Assembly: GCA_002722695.1 (NCBI GenBank) | Contig: PBMS01000029.1 | Location: 5,724-69,723 of the forward strand | Length of the DNA stretch: 64,000 nt | Source: Methanobacteriota archaeon | Lineage (GTDB): Archaea > Thermoplasmatota > Poseidoniia > Poseidoniales > Poseidoniaceae | Reading direction: 5' to 3' | Shown: piece by piece, positions 1 to 10,149 of the stretch | Position numbering within the stretch: the stretch's first letter is position 1 | Layout: each line of letters opens with the position of its first letter | Made by a program: the position numbers and the translations under genes | Notes under the pieces: model-generated | Databases searched by the model: none | Seen by the model: the letters and a program-made list of their open reading frames with translations, nothing else | Told to the model about the DNA's origin: nothing

Positions 1-893
1 CTCCCAGAGAACGAACCCCGTTTCAGTCGTAGGAGCATGAAGCCGGCGGTGGATGTAAGGAACGCAATGACGGTCCACGCCAAGGATGAGTGAATCACAG
101 TGAGCCAGAGAACGGACTGTGAGTTCGCGGCACCCTCATCAAGTCCAAACGCTCGCCATCCTTCTGCGACGGCAAAAATAGCGCTGAAAAGGGTGGCCGT
201 CCAAAGCAGAGAGGAAAACATTGCAGCGTCGGCGTTTTCACGCATTTCCTGAATCACACGGTTGACGGTTGATTCAATGCCGGCACCTTTGCTGAAGATG
301 TAGAGGCCCAAGACCAACGGAAGAGCACCGATGACCACGCCCCCGATTTCATTGGGCAGCATGATACCCAGGCCAAGAATGGCCAACACGGCACCGAAGG
401 GGATCATGAATCGAGAACGCCACTTTGGGTCCTCCAAGGCTTTGACGATGTAGTAGTACGTCCCTTCAATGCCTTTGGATTGCTTGACAATGATTTTTTC
501 CGTGTGGTCGATGCGGACCTGGGAAGAGATGAGTGGGAGAACGCTCTCATCTTCGGCGCCATCGGTGATAAGAATGGCCTGATCGGGTTGGAACGCCGAC
601 ACGACTTCGTCCAGTTGGGCGGCGATGGCGCGATCCGAGCGAACGCCTACTTTTTCATCCCCGGTTAGAATGGCGATTTCGACATCGTCCTCCTCGGATT
701 TACCCTCTGCCAGGTTGTCGTGGGCCTTCAGGGCGCCGAGAATGGCGTTGGTGTCGCTCTCCTCGGGATCGGCGATACCGAGTTTAAGCGCCGCCGTCAA
801 CACCTGTCGGCGACCAACAACAGGGCCACGAATCGAGGTTTTCAAACCGAGGTCGTTGTCCCGGTCAACCGTTAGCACCAGCGTTCTGGTCAT
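1..893 (-). CDS. Partial (3' end beyond window start) membrane protein. The N-terminal soluble domain begins MTRTLVLTVDRDNDLGLKT and the C-terminal half is hydrophobic. Resembles the archaeal DUF373/COG2237 family.
   Basis: My own translation of the minus strand from ATG at 891-893. The open frame runs to the window edge. Not in the supplied ORF track because it is truncated. Confidence 0.4.
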   Translation of the reverse strand, partial: MTRTLVLTVDRDNDLGLKTSIRGPVVGRRQVLTAALKLGIADPEESDTNAILGALKAHDNLAEGKSEEDDVEIAILTGDEKVGVRSDRAIAAQLDEVVSAFQPDQAILITDGAEDESVLPLISSQVRIDHTEKIIVKQSKGIEGTYYYIVKALEDPKWRSRFMIPFGAVLAILGLGIMLPNEIGGVVIGALPLVLGLYIFSKGAGIESTVNRVIQEMRENADAAMFSSLLWTATLFSAIFAVAEGWRAFGLDEGAANSQSVLWLTVIHSSLAWTVIAFLTSTAGFMLLRLKRGSFSG

Positions 894-971
894 GAGCATC
901 CCCCGTTTGGTCAACCCACCGCGGTTCTATCTTTCAAACCCTTTTGCGAAACGCCCGTTTCGGGCCGAAGG

Positions 972-2573
972 TCAAACGGCGTTCTGAGATTGACGAAACC
1001 GCACGGAGGCGACGTCGTCATGACCCGAGGGAGGGTCCTTCCATTCCGGGTCACCGGGAAGCACCAACCCGGCCCCGAGGTTGACCAGTTCCACCGACAA
1101 ACGTCGTTGTTCCTCCACCAGCTCCGCCCAATCTTTGGATTCGTCCTTCCATATTTTCCACCGATTCAAATTCTGATAGCTCCGAACCAGATTCGCGTAG
1201 AGTTTCAAATGAAGTCGGGCAGAAATCGGCCACCAGAGGAGGAACACCACGAAGACGCCAAGAGCGGGCAATCTGGTGATTTCCAGCAGCAACCAATGGG
1301 AAAGGAGGAGTTCGTTCACCGGACTCTGAGCGCTCAACAACGACCACGTGACGAAGGCAGAAGCTGCCACCCACCACAACGGGAACATCACCACGGCTGA
1401 AACGACCTTCATCGTACCCACAGCCGAGGGTTCGATGCCTCGTCGTTTGAGGGCCCGGCTCACAAAGCCGTTGCCCTTGTAGGGAACGTAGTTGCCAGCG
1501 ACGGCGCTCCATGTGACCAGGCCAAACATCCAAGAAAAGGCCCAAATCCACTGTCCGAAATGCTTGATGTACCCCGGAAACGAAAGGCGCTCTGGCCGGG
1601 CGTCCACGTCGTACGGTGTGATGCCGCGCTGTTCAAGGGTGTCAAAATGAGACCCGCAACGCTCGGCGAGGGCTTTGGTCGAGGCTGGCTGGTGTTCCGC
1701 CATAAACTCCCAACCGGCCCGGAGACGGCGAGCAGCGAGGACCGAAGCTGCAAAGGAGGGTTTTCTGAGGTCCACGCCGGTCTGCCGTTGCTTCTCTGCG
1801 TAAACCAGACTGCGTCCACGCCAAATCATGGTGCGTTCCGACCAGGAGGTTTTCGAGTGGTTTGCTCGTTGAAGTTCAACCGCAAAAAGGTCCGTGACCT
1901 CGCCGACCCAGGCTCGATCGTTTCGATCCTGTTGGTTCGAATCGTCTGTGCGGTCCGGTAAAGGAGGAAGGTCCATGACGCGCTCCATGACCACGGCCGC
2001 ACGCTCTCGGAAACGTTGCGATTCGGAATAGTGCAAGCCCACCGGGACAACTTTTGGCGAAGGGAGACCGCGTTCATTCGCTTTACGGGTAGCGTTCAAA
2101 AGAATCCGAGCCGCTCCAGAACGGACCTTGCGAACGCTTGATTCAGCGTGCGACACGCCTTCGGGAAAAATCAACACGCTGCCCCCCGAGGCCAAGGTTG
2201 AGGAGACGTTGTTCAGCTGTGCCCGATTTCGTTCCTGAGACATGTCGGAATCTTCGGCGTCCTGCGGTCGCTCGATTGGAACCACGCCCGAAGCCTTGAG
2301 CATCCGTCCAAGCAGAGGAATCTGAAAGAGCGTGTGTTTCGCAACGGTGGTGAGTTTTCCCGGGACAATGGAGGTCATCAGCATCGGGTCAATGAGCCCG
2401 CTCGGGTGCCATGTGATGTACAAAACCCCGCCCTCTGGCGGAATGTTCTCCTCGTCAACGATGTTGATTTCTCTGAACCAAACATTGGTCAAAAATCGGT
2501 AAAATCGCCGAACCAAACGATACCCCAAAGACGGTGACGCGAAGCCTGTAGGACCGCCAACCGCCTGCTGCAT
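972..2573 (-). CDS. Lysophospholipid acyltransferase (PlsC/LPLAT family) with a C-terminal multi-TM domain
   Basis: Acyltransferase motif I H(x)4D appears as WHPSGLID and motif III as IFPEGVS. Hydrophobic C-terminal segments are present. The likely start is MQQAVGG, internal to the 541-aa ORF. Confidence 0.6.
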   Translation of the reverse strand: MQQAVGGPTGFASPSLGYRLVRRFYRFLTNVWFREINIVDEENIPPEGGVLYITWHPSGLIDPMLMTSIVPGKLTTVAKHTLFQIPLLGRMLKASGVVPIERPQDAEDSDMSQERNRAQLNNVSSTLASGGSVLIFPEGVSHAESSVRKVRSGAARILLNATRKANERGLPSPKVVPVGLHYSESQRFRERAAVVMERVMDLPPLPDRTDDSNQQDRNDRAWVGEVTDLFAVELQRANHSKTSWSERTMIWRGRSLVYAEKQRQTGVDLRKPSFAASVLAARRLRAGWEFMAEHQPASTKALAERCGSHFDTLEQRGITPYDVDARPERLSFPGYIKHFGQWIWAFSWMFGLVTWSAVAGNYVPYKGNGFVSRALKRRGIEPSAVGTMKVVSAVVMFPLWWVAASAFVTWSLLSAQSPVNELLLSHWLLLEITRLPALGVFVVFLLWWPISARLHLKLYANLVRSYQNLNRWKIWKDESKDWAELVEEQRRLSVELVNLGAGLVLPGDPEWKDPPSGHDDVASVRFRQSQNAV

Positions 2574-2623
2574 GGGAGGAAGTATGCATGCTCTCATTTA
2601 GAGAAGATGCCTGCGTTGGAAGG

Positions 2624-3838
2624 TTATTCGTCCGGTTTGGTGTCATCGTCATCGCTTTGAGTGCCGGTGCTTGAAGAGCGGTCCGTCAATCGTTTCCAGC
2701 GCTGCGTTGCGCGGATGTATTTCAAAGGGTGATCCATCCATGATTGGTCGCATGTTCGGTTGTCTCCGGGTAGAACAGGGCAGTTGTGATTCACCTTGAG
2801 TTTCCCACAGCCCGCCGGCGTGTATTCGTGCTGGTAGACGTGTTGAACCTGATACGATGTGGTGGACTCGCTGAAATCCGGTGCACCGCGGAAGAAATTC
2901 ACGCACGACTCCTCAGGCAACGCCAACGTTGCCGACATGGACGCCAAGAATAAACGGCCAAAGTGGTTGACGTTGACCCCCACTGAGAGGTCAGCAATGA
3001 CCTTCTGCATGCAGGGCGGCCAGTCCGTCTCCTCGGCACCGACCAGGGCGATGGCTTCGCTCGCCTTGTTGGCCATCAAATTTCGAACCATCCCGACGGG
3101 TTCTGCAAGACGCACAGCAAGGTCGGTCGTCACCTCGGCCATTTTGTCGAGAGCTTCCGCCTCAATGCCCGCTTTGATTCGTTCCCGCAACAAACGCGCC
3201 ACCTTGGCCGACGACGCGTATTGGCGTTCATTGTGGAGTTTGACCCATCCGTTGTCCACGTCAACGTTGGGGAGGCGCCAACGATGGCCGGTGATTTTAG
3301 GACAAATTTCGATGAAATCGGCAAGGCCAACGCGCCACTCATCCACCGCCGTGCGGCGCGAAGAGGTCAACGAACCCCCCAAACTGGGGAGAGGAACGTT
3401 CGACGTCGCAGCCGAGACCTCCACCTGAGAGAGATAGGTGTTGGCCACCGTGCGCAAATTGCTCTGGTCTTGAATCAACAGTTGCTCGGCGCGGGCTGCT
3501 TCGGCCTGCGCCCAACGAGCGATGAGTCGCTCATCCTCGCTCGCGCACATGACGAGTCGGGCATAGTAAAACGAGAACGCCTCTACCAGCCGCCCCTCCT
3601 CGGTGTGAATGTCACCTCCTGAAACCTGAACGCCTTCCTTCGATTGGACCGAATCGATCAAACGAATACGCGCCCGCTGACGAGCTTGCTCCATCCAGGT
3701 CCCCTCCAACAACTCGTTGAGATCGATGCTGTGGCGCACCGCCATCGACCGAATCCAACCCGACGCCTGAGGCAGGAACGGGTATCGAGCCAGCGTGACC
3801 TCGTCCGCAACGCTGGGCGGCGTGGTTGGAACGGGCAT
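2624..3838 (-). CDS. priL: DNA primase large (regulatory) subunit PriL
   Basis: The N-terminal LARYPFL motif is typical of archaeal PriL. The C-terminal domain has four Cys (PPCMQK, ESCVNFF, AGCGKLKVNHNCP), consistent with the Fe-S cluster domain. Size is ~400 aa. Confidence 0.55.
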   Translation of the reverse strand: MPVPTTPPSVADEVTLARYPFLPQASGWIRSMAVRHSIDLNELLEGTWMEQARQRARIRLIDSVQSKEGVQVSGGDIHTEEGRLVEAFSFYYARLVMCASEDERLIARWAQAEAARAEQLLIQDQSNLRTVANTYLSQVEVSAATSNVPLPSLGGSLTSSRRTAVDEWRVGLADFIEICPKITGHRWRLPNVDVDNGWVKLHNERQYASSAKVARLLRERIKAGIEAEALDKMAEVTTDLAVRLAEPVGMVRNLMANKASEAIALVGAEETDWPPCMQKVIADLSVGVNVNHFGRLFLASMSATLALPEESCVNFFRGAPDFSESTTSYQVQHVYQHEYTPAGCGKLKVNHNCPVLPGDNRTCDQSWMDHPLKYIRATQRWKRLTDRSSSTGTQSDDDDTKPDE

Positions 3839-3915
3839 GGCTACAGGACAAGGCCACGGATTATGAAGTCCTGCGTGGCGCGTTCTTCTTGACCTGCGCG
3901 CGTTTCCAAGGAAGC

Positions 3916-4656
3916 ATGAGGACCGACCCTCACCCGGCGCTGGTCAACATCCAACACGAAGTGAGAACGCATTTTGGGTGGAGTTATGAGCGGGATTTGA
4001 ACAGTGCTTTGGGCTTGCAAGAAGCGTGCGACAGCCACCCGTTCGGTGATCGGTTTGGATGGACCCCCCGTCATCGAGTCGCGACCCTTGAGGCCATTCA
4101 AACGACGTTGAATGAGGCCTCAACCATCGTTGTGGTTGGTGCCGCCATCAAAAAAGAAGCCCTCGACCAACCCTTTGACGCCGGGACCGTCTTTGTGGCT
4201 GCTGACGGCGCCGTCGGAGCGTGCCTGGGCCGGGTTGATGTGGCGTGTGTCGTCACGGATTTGGACGGCGAACCTCATCTTTCCAACGCCGTAGGACAAG
4301 GTATCCCGTTTGTTGTTCACGCACACGGGGACAACGACGAGGCATGGAAACGATGCCTGAGCAAGTGGGCTACGACGGGCGGAGTTCGTCTGGTGCTGAC
4401 TCATCAAACCGACGAAGCAATCGAGGGAATGCACAATCCAGGTGGATTCACCGATGGTGATCGTGCGGCGTGTTTCCTTTCCTGGCTGGGCGTGCCGGAC
4501 GACAAAATACGGTGGGCTGGCTTCGCCACCGATCGCGTCGGTCCTTGGTCAGGAACAACGCATGCCGAGCGAAAACTCGCGAAGTTGTCCTGGATGGCAC
4601 GGGTGTTGAGTCTCATCGACCCCGGATGGGCCAAGCGCTGCATCGATGACGATTGA
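3916..4656 (+). CDS. MptE-like / DUF115 protein (archaeal 6-hydroxymethyl-7,8-dihydropterin pyrophosphokinase family)
   Basis: Motifs IVVVGAAIKKEA, VFVAADGAVGA, VVTDLDG and VVHAHGDN match the DUF115/MptE Rossmann-like pattern. Start was chosen at an internal Met to avoid overlap with the divergent priL start. Confidence 0.45.
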   Translation: MRTDPHPALVNIQHEVRTHFGWSYERDLNSALGLQEACDSHPFGDRFGWTPRHRVATLEAIQTTLNEASTIVVVGAAIKKEALDQPFDAGTVFVAADGAVGACLGRVDVACVVTDLDGEPHLSNAVGQGIPFVVHAHGDNDEAWKRCLSKWATTGGVRLVLTHQTDEAIEGMHNPGGFTDGDRAACFLSWLGVPDDKIRWAGFATDRVGPWSGTTHAERKLAKLSWMARVLSLIDPGWAKRCIDDD

Positions 4657-4704
4657 CTCCCTCAGCGAACATAGGTAGAAGAACAAACAGGAGGGCCCAA
4701 AGGC

Positions 4705-5325
4705 ATGGAGCGTGGTGTCACCTGGCAAAGTGCCCTCATGTGGGTGATCGCTCTGGTGATCGTCAACGCCCTCTGGCTGAACGTTGCCGGACAAACGGCA
4801 CCCAACGAAATCAACACGGAAAATCAGTTCCAAACCCATCGAGAAATCGACATCTCCTCGGTGTTTGGGAACAACGCCCCCATCCCTGCTGAATTGACAA
4901 CAGCCTTTTCGAGCACTTCGCTGGACTCAGCCAACGTGAGTTACGCCATCAAAAAGGACAACAAAACGGTGGTCGCATCGTGGTCGGGAGACCTGAACAG
5001 CGACGTTCCAATTTGGACCGGGGAATTGGAGCCCGGGCAATACACCATTGAAACAGTGGTTGAGGACGGCGTTTTGGTGGAGCAGGACCTGCTTCTGCAG
5101 CCCTTTGCATCGGTTCAGCCGCACGGCCACGTTGTGCTGACGTTGTTGCTGGTCGCCCTTGCGTGGGGCGAACAAGGCGTCCGTGCGCTTCTTGCGAAGC
5201 GAAGTCCATCAACAAAGTCCATTCCGACCGAAAAGGTGCCGTTCAAATCCAAAGGGTTCCAGCAGGAACAGGACTCGCAGGACTGGGAGGAAGGCGACTC
5301 ACCTTGGCGTGACCCGATTCGGTGA
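4705..5325 (+). CDS. Hypothetical secreted/membrane protein with an N-terminal signal/TM and a C-terminal TM helix
   Basis: Hydrophobic N-terminus WVIALVIVNALWL and a second hydrophobic segment HVVLTLLLVALAW. No recognisable catalytic motif. Confidence 0.3.
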   Translation: MERGVTWQSALMWVIALVIVNALWLNVAGQTAPNEINTENQFQTHREIDISSVFGNNAPIPAELTTAFSSTSLDSANVSYAIKKDNKTVVASWSGDLNSDVPIWTGELEPGQYTIETVVEDGVLVEQDLLLQPFASVQPHGHVVLTLLLVALAWGEQGVRALLAKRSPSTKSIPTEKVPFKSKGFQQEQDSQDWEEGDSPWRDPIR

Positions 5326-8300
5326 TCAAAGGAAATCGGACAACGAGAGTTGCTTGGCTCGGTCGTTGTTGAACAAAGAGTCAGCGCTGGAAGCCAGCCA
5401 ATCGGCGTTCTGGCGCGTGTAGAGGTCAACCCCGTAGTGATCCATAACGAAACGCATGACCTCGATGTATTTTCGAACGGCGCCTTCCGAAACCGTCAGT
5501 GCCAAATTCCCGTTGCACAAACCACCCTCGGATTTCGCAACGCCCATGTTGGCCAGCCCGCGACCCGTTTCCTTCTTGGCTTGAATGCATTTTCCAGAGA
5601 GCGGCATTCGCCGATAGGAATGACCGCACTTGAGACACCGAACCTTCTGTCGGCCGTAGGCGTTGAGGTTACCTCGCAAATCCGGAAGGAAGTGAGAGCG
5701 GACGACGCTGGAAGCCACCTGACGCACGTTCACACCCCGCAGGCGCTGTCCAAGGGCCAGCTGCCCGTTCATTTTGTCGATCATCGTTTCCAGCGTTTTG
5801 TAGGCGGACAAGGCGGGGCCGTCGTCGAGGGAGCGGCAATCGTGCGTAAAACCGTACCCGCGAACGGCTGCGACACTCCCAAGGCGACGCTCCACGAAAT
5901 CCATCCGCCCTTGAATGTCCTTCGGGTGAGGTTGCTTGAGGGTCGCCTCGTAAAAATCGCGCTCGTAGAACCATCCCGCGTCAACGTTGAGGGCTTCCTT
6001 GTCGACCTCGGTCGGGTTGAGACGGGTGGTCAACACCAACGGAGCGTCCATCTGACCCCCTCGGTTGGCGGGTAAAATGTCGCGACTGAAGTTCAGCAAA
6101 CCGTCCATCAACAGCATGATGGCGTCCTCATCTCCGTCGCAGTTTCTTCGCTTGGCAGCGTGGAACAAGGGGTGAGCATAGCCGCCCGAACAGTCCGCCC
6201 AGCCAATGATTCGTGAGAGCACGCCACCGCTGGTGTGCGGTGCAAGTGCACAGATCAGCTGGCCAACCAAATCGTCCGCCTTGTCTGCGTTGTAATACGG
6301 TTCCATGCCGTAATATCGAACCAGCAGTTCATCGATGTACTTCGCCGTGCGCAACAAAAAGTCAGCCGCACCCTTGGCCACGATGAAATCCTGCGGAAAC
6401 AACTCCAAAATTTGCTCGTCGTGTTCCAAAACACGCCCACGATGGTCGTGTGTGTAGCCAAGGGCATGAAGGGTTTTCCACGGAACACCGACTTCACGAG
6501 GTCGAAAGTGTGTGGTCGGGACATCGCTCATGTCGAAGCGAACCGTTCCGTCTCTGAACACCGGCAATTCATGGCGTGCACGAAGAATACCTTTCTCGAT
6601 CGCCTCGGGGGTTTGGTTGCGGCTGTTCAGTTTTTTCATGCACTTGACCTGCGCAGGGAGCCGGTCGAGGCCGAGGCGGATTCGTGCGTCTTCGACCATT
6701 TCGTCCACCCGAACGGATTGGACTTCTCCGCGCCGGTAGGCGTTGGGTCTGGTCGGGTTGGCCTTCGTTCGCCCGTTGCAGGTTTCGCCCGCTTTCCCTT
6801 CCCCGTGGGCGTCCAAGCCACGGTGATGACATCGAAGATAGGGGGATTCCTTGCCGCACACCGTGCAGGTGCGACGACCGACTTGGACTCGTATGGTGCG
6901 CTTGTCGATGGCGTTGTTCAACAAACGCTGGTTACCGCCGTTGAGCTCGATGGGAAAGAGGGAGTGGGTCATGGGGTTCATCACTCGAGGGGCCGCTTTT
7001 TCCGGGCGCCCCATTCGGCAACCAACTCGAACCGGTGCGCTGTGTTCCCATCGCAGCTCGGACATTTGTCTCACCAACACCATGATGCCTTCAACGGCAT
7101 GCTCGTCCTCAATCCGTTGCGCTGCGAGGTAAGCGGCCGGGTCGCTTGGGCCATCATCGGGCACGGAAGCAGCCGCTTCCTGTCCAACCCGATCGGTTTC
7201 AGCAATGCCCAAGCCTCGTTGACGAGCCCCTGTTTCTGCGGCAATGCGCACGGTCGCGCGGTCTTTTTCCAGGGCGGAGTTCCGCTCGCGCTCTTGGTCC
7301 AAGACCCGTTTCGCTTGGCGCAAGGCCTCGATGCGCTTCTCAGCGATGGTCAGCGCATTTTTATGCCGCAGCGGAGCATCGCCGTCGCTCTTGAAACCGA
7401 GGCCTTCGAGAAGCGACTCCCACCCGGAAGTAACGACGAGGTCGTCGCCATCGTGATGGTGAGCGAGCCCGAGAACCATCATCGTCGCCTTTGCTAAACC
7501 GTGCTGTTGAAGGGCCCAACCTTCGGGAACTTCAGCGCCCATGAGCGGCGATTCGATCTCAACGTTGGGCCCGGGTAAGTGAACGTCACTCAACGGAGGC
7601 AACGACTCCGGTTCGAGCGCGTCCATCGCAGAAGCCTTCCACCCACGAACACCGCCCGACAACCGCAACCAGCGTGCGCCCGACTCTGGCCGACCCTCGA
7701 TCGGCACGTTGTCGCGCTCGATTCGTTCTTCGATGCTGCCCGCAGCCAACAGCTTGAGGAAGGCGGGTAGCCACTCCAGCGGGAGATCCTTGAACCAAGG
7801 ATTGTGCGGCGGTGGGAGGGACGTGCCAAAACGTCGGGAACAACCGACGGCTTCGAGCCAGGTCAATCGACACTGTCTCAGGCGCTCGTGCCAGTCACGA
7901 CGAACCCAAAACTGCGCGTCAGGATCTGCTGCCTCTCCGGAAGGAACCCCCGGGGTTCCGGCAGGCCAGTCGTCCCGAACCTCTCCTACGATGTCGAGGA
8001 AGGCTGAGACCTCATCGTCGTCAACGAGGTTATCCAGAACATCGCTGGCCCACCAATCCATGGTGTAGCCAGCTGGCACAAGTCGCTTGTTGTTCTCCAA
8101 AAATTCACCATAACCGATGACCAATTCACCGTTGTCCCAGACCTGCTTCACCCGGTGACGCAATTCCACGTAAGCGGACGGGTCGTCAACTCGGAGAAAC
8201 CGACCGTCGTCGAGAACGACCCACGGGCCCTCGGCTTCGTCACACGGTGTGATGGCGCAGGCCTTGCCCGGTCGCTCGATTTTCATCTGCGTTCCGATGG

Positions 8301-9429
8301 TGATGAAATCATCGAGAGCCAGCATGGACGTGGTGTTGGTTGAGGCTGCCGCCAGACCCGATGGACGGGAACGCCCGTATCGCAGCCTGAAACCACCGGG
8401 CTGAAGCGGACCTCCGAAGACGGGTCGGCCAGCGATGATGTCCTTCATGAACTTCGTAATGGGTGCAATTTGTTGGCTTTTGAACGACGTGTTGTCCTCG
8501 GGTTCGTCTTCTTTGCCTCGTGAAGCAAATTTTGCGATAAAATCCCAGCCGGGCATGTTCAAACGATCGGTGTGCTTCTGAATTTTGGGCGCTTTGAGGC
8601 ACATGCCCTCGCCGATGACCAACAGAACGCCTCCTCGGATGCGCGGCTCGTCGATGTTGCGGACGTTTCCGTAACCAGCGCACTCAATACGCTCGGTGGA
8701 CTCGCCGTTGATCATCACGGGACAGGCACGGACGATCTCATCAATCTCATGAGGGGATGGTCGGTACTGCAGGTTTCCGCGATACAGTCCGAATTCTTCC
8801 TTGACGCGTTCCACCTCAGGGTCGGTGGGTTGGTAGTGGCCGACGTTGAGCTCCCGCCGTATCATGTCAGCGATGAGCACAGCCAAGGCCTGAGCCGTTC
8901 CACCCGCTGCACGAATCGGTCCCGCAAAATGGACGGAAACAAACTGAGAGCCGTCAACGTTGTTGAGGAGCCGAACTTCACTGATTCCCTCCAGCGGTGC
9001 AACGAGAACCGCTTCAGTCAGCACGGCGAGGCCGACGCGAAGACCTACATCGATGGATTTCTCAAGGTCATACCCCAGCTCTCGGAAGCCCCGAGCAACG
9101 GATTGAGCTATGATGATCGATGTCGTTTCACGGTCGTGTTCGTCCAGCAAAGCACGGATGTCGTCGGCGACCGCATAGCCGTCAAGATGTTCGATCAGCA
9201 ATTTTTCTGTGCGTCCGGCCAAATCGGATGCTCGTGGAATCTCGACTCGGTTTTTGTGGTCAAGGCCCTGCCTTCGAGCCAGTTCTGCGATTCGATACGC
9301 ATCGTCTGTTCGCTCGTCCAACCACCGGTGATAAGCATCCATTTCCCGTTCCAGACGGTCGATGTCGAGGCCGATAAGGGGGTTGTGTTCCCCCAAATTC
9401 ACGGTCTGCTCGGCGTCGCTCATGTTCAC
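5326..9429 (-). CDS. DNA polymerase II (PolD) large catalytic subunit DP2
   Basis: 1367 aa with the conserved DP2 C-terminal region, including Cys clusters (CTVCGKESPYLRC, CLKCGH). No intein-sized insertion is apparent. Confidence 0.9.
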   Translation of the reverse strand: MNMSDAEQTVNLGEHNPLIGLDIDRLEREMDAYHRWLDERTDDAYRIAELARRQGLDHKNRVEIPRASDLAGRTEKLLIEHLDGYAVADDIRALLDEHDRETTSIIIAQSVARGFRELGYDLEKSIDVGLRVGLAVLTEAVLVAPLEGISEVRLLNNVDGSQFVSVHFAGPIRAAGGTAQALAVLIADMIRRELNVGHYQPTDPEVERVKEEFGLYRGNLQYRPSPHEIDEIVRACPVMINGESTERIECAGYGNVRNIDEPRIRGGVLLVIGEGMCLKAPKIQKHTDRLNMPGWDFIAKFASRGKEDEPEDNTSFKSQQIAPITKFMKDIIAGRPVFGGPLQPGGFRLRYGRSRPSGLAAASTNTTSMLALDDFITIGTQMKIERPGKACAITPCDEAEGPWVVLDDGRFLRVDDPSAYVELRHRVKQVWDNGELVIGYGEFLENNKRLVPAGYTMDWWASDVLDNLVDDDEVSAFLDIVGEVRDDWPAGTPGVPSGEAADPDAQFWVRRDWHERLRQCRLTWLEAVGCSRRFGTSLPPPHNPWFKDLPLEWLPAFLKLLAAGSIEERIERDNVPIEGRPESGARWLRLSGGVRGWKASAMDALEPESLPPLSDVHLPGPNVEIESPLMGAEVPEGWALQQHGLAKATMMVLGLAHHHDGDDLVVTSGWESLLEGLGFKSDGDAPLRHKNALTIAEKRIEALRQAKRVLDQERERNSALEKDRATVRIAAETGARQRGLGIAETDRVGQEAAASVPDDGPSDPAAYLAAQRIEDEHAVEGIMVLVRQMSELRWEHSAPVRVGCRMGRPEKAAPRVMNPMTHSLFPIELNGGNQRLLNNAIDKRTIRVQVGRRTCTVCGKESPYLRCHHRGLDAHGEGKAGETCNGRTKANPTRPNAYRRGEVQSVRVDEMVEDARIRLGLDRLPAQVKCMKKLNSRNQTPEAIEKGILRARHELPVFRDGTVRFDMSDVPTTHFRPREVGVPWKTLHALGYTHDHRGRVLEHDEQILELFPQDFIVAKGAADFLLRTAKYIDELLVRYYGMEPYYNADKADDLVGQLICALAPHTSGGVLSRIIGWADCSGGYAHPLFHAAKRRNCDGDEDAIMLLMDGLLNFSRDILPANRGGQMDAPLVLTTRLNPTEVDKEALNVDAGWFYERDFYEATLKQPHPKDIQGRMDFVERRLGSVAAVRGYGFTHDCRSLDDGPALSAYKTLETMIDKMNGQLALGQRLRGVNVRQVASSVVRSHFLPDLRGNLNAYGRQKVRCLKCGHSYRRMPLSGKCIQAKKETGRGLANMGVAKSEGGLCNGNLALTVSEGAVRKYIEVMRFVMDHYGVDLYTRQNADWLASSADSLFNNDRAKQLSLSDFL

Positions 9430-9540
9430 TCAAATACGGTTCATGCCGACCCTTTATCATCAACACGGTGGGAATGAATGGGGTTTTTTCAACGCTTCAC
9501 GGGAAGGAAAGTTCATGTCGTGACCGCCAAGGAACAACCC

Positions 9541-10140
9541 ATGGGCGTTCATGACACGGTTCGAAACCACCCCGAATGGCCGACGCTCGCCGAGCTGGTC
9601 CGCGAGTTGGCCTTCCTCGACGGCGGAAACGAGACCGCTTTTACCCTGGCCAGCGGGAAGCAATCCCGATGGTTCTTCGACACGAAGCCCGTCATGATGC
9701 ACCCCCGGGCTGCCACCATCATTGGCTCCCTGCTCAACCTCCGCATACAGGCCATGGGGGGCCAGCTGGTGGGGGGTCTGGAACTCGGTGCCGTTCCTTT
9801 GACGGCGATCGTCGTGACGTCCCCCGATGCCGACCCTGCTCTTCGGGGCTTCATGGTGCGAAAATCGCCCAAGGGACGCGGAGGGCGGAAAACAAACAAC
9901 CCACCTGGCATCGAGGGAACCTCGCTTGAAGGCGGAGGGGACGTGGTCATCGTGGAAGACGTGACCACGACCGGAGGGTCGTCCATTCTTGCCGTTGAAC
10001 GCATTCATCGAGACACGGACTGCAAGGTCATCGGGGTCATCAGCATTCTCGACCGAGAAGAAGGGGCTGAGAAAGCGTTCGCCGAGGCAGGTGTTCCCTT
10101 TGAATCGCTGTTGACGCGGTCCGACATTGCGGGCTTGTGA
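9541..10140 (+). CDS. pyrE: Orotate phosphoribosyltransferase
   Basis: PRPP-binding motif VIVEDVTTTGGS. Length is ~200 aa. The N-terminus LAELVRELAFLDGGNETAFTLASGK is typical of OPRTase. Confidence 0.75.
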   Translation: MGVHDTVRNHPEWPTLAELVRELAFLDGGNETAFTLASGKQSRWFFDTKPVMMHPRAATIIGSLLNLRIQAMGGQLVGGLELGAVPLTAIVVTSPDADPALRGFMVRKSPKGRGGRKTNNPPGIEGTSLEGGGDVVIVEDVTTTGGSSILAVERIHRDTDCKVIGVISILDREEGAEKAFAEAGVPFESLLTRSDIAGL

Positions 10141-10149
10141 GGAGAGCGC

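Noticed and set aside
6235-7497. 420-aa plus-strand ORF (and many others, e.g. 5350..6075, 8572..9477) inside and antisense to the PolD DP2 gene
   Set aside because: It lies entirely within a strongly supported 1367-aa gene on the opposite strand. The translation is low-complexity Arg/Ala/Gly-rich, typical of high-GC antisense artefacts.
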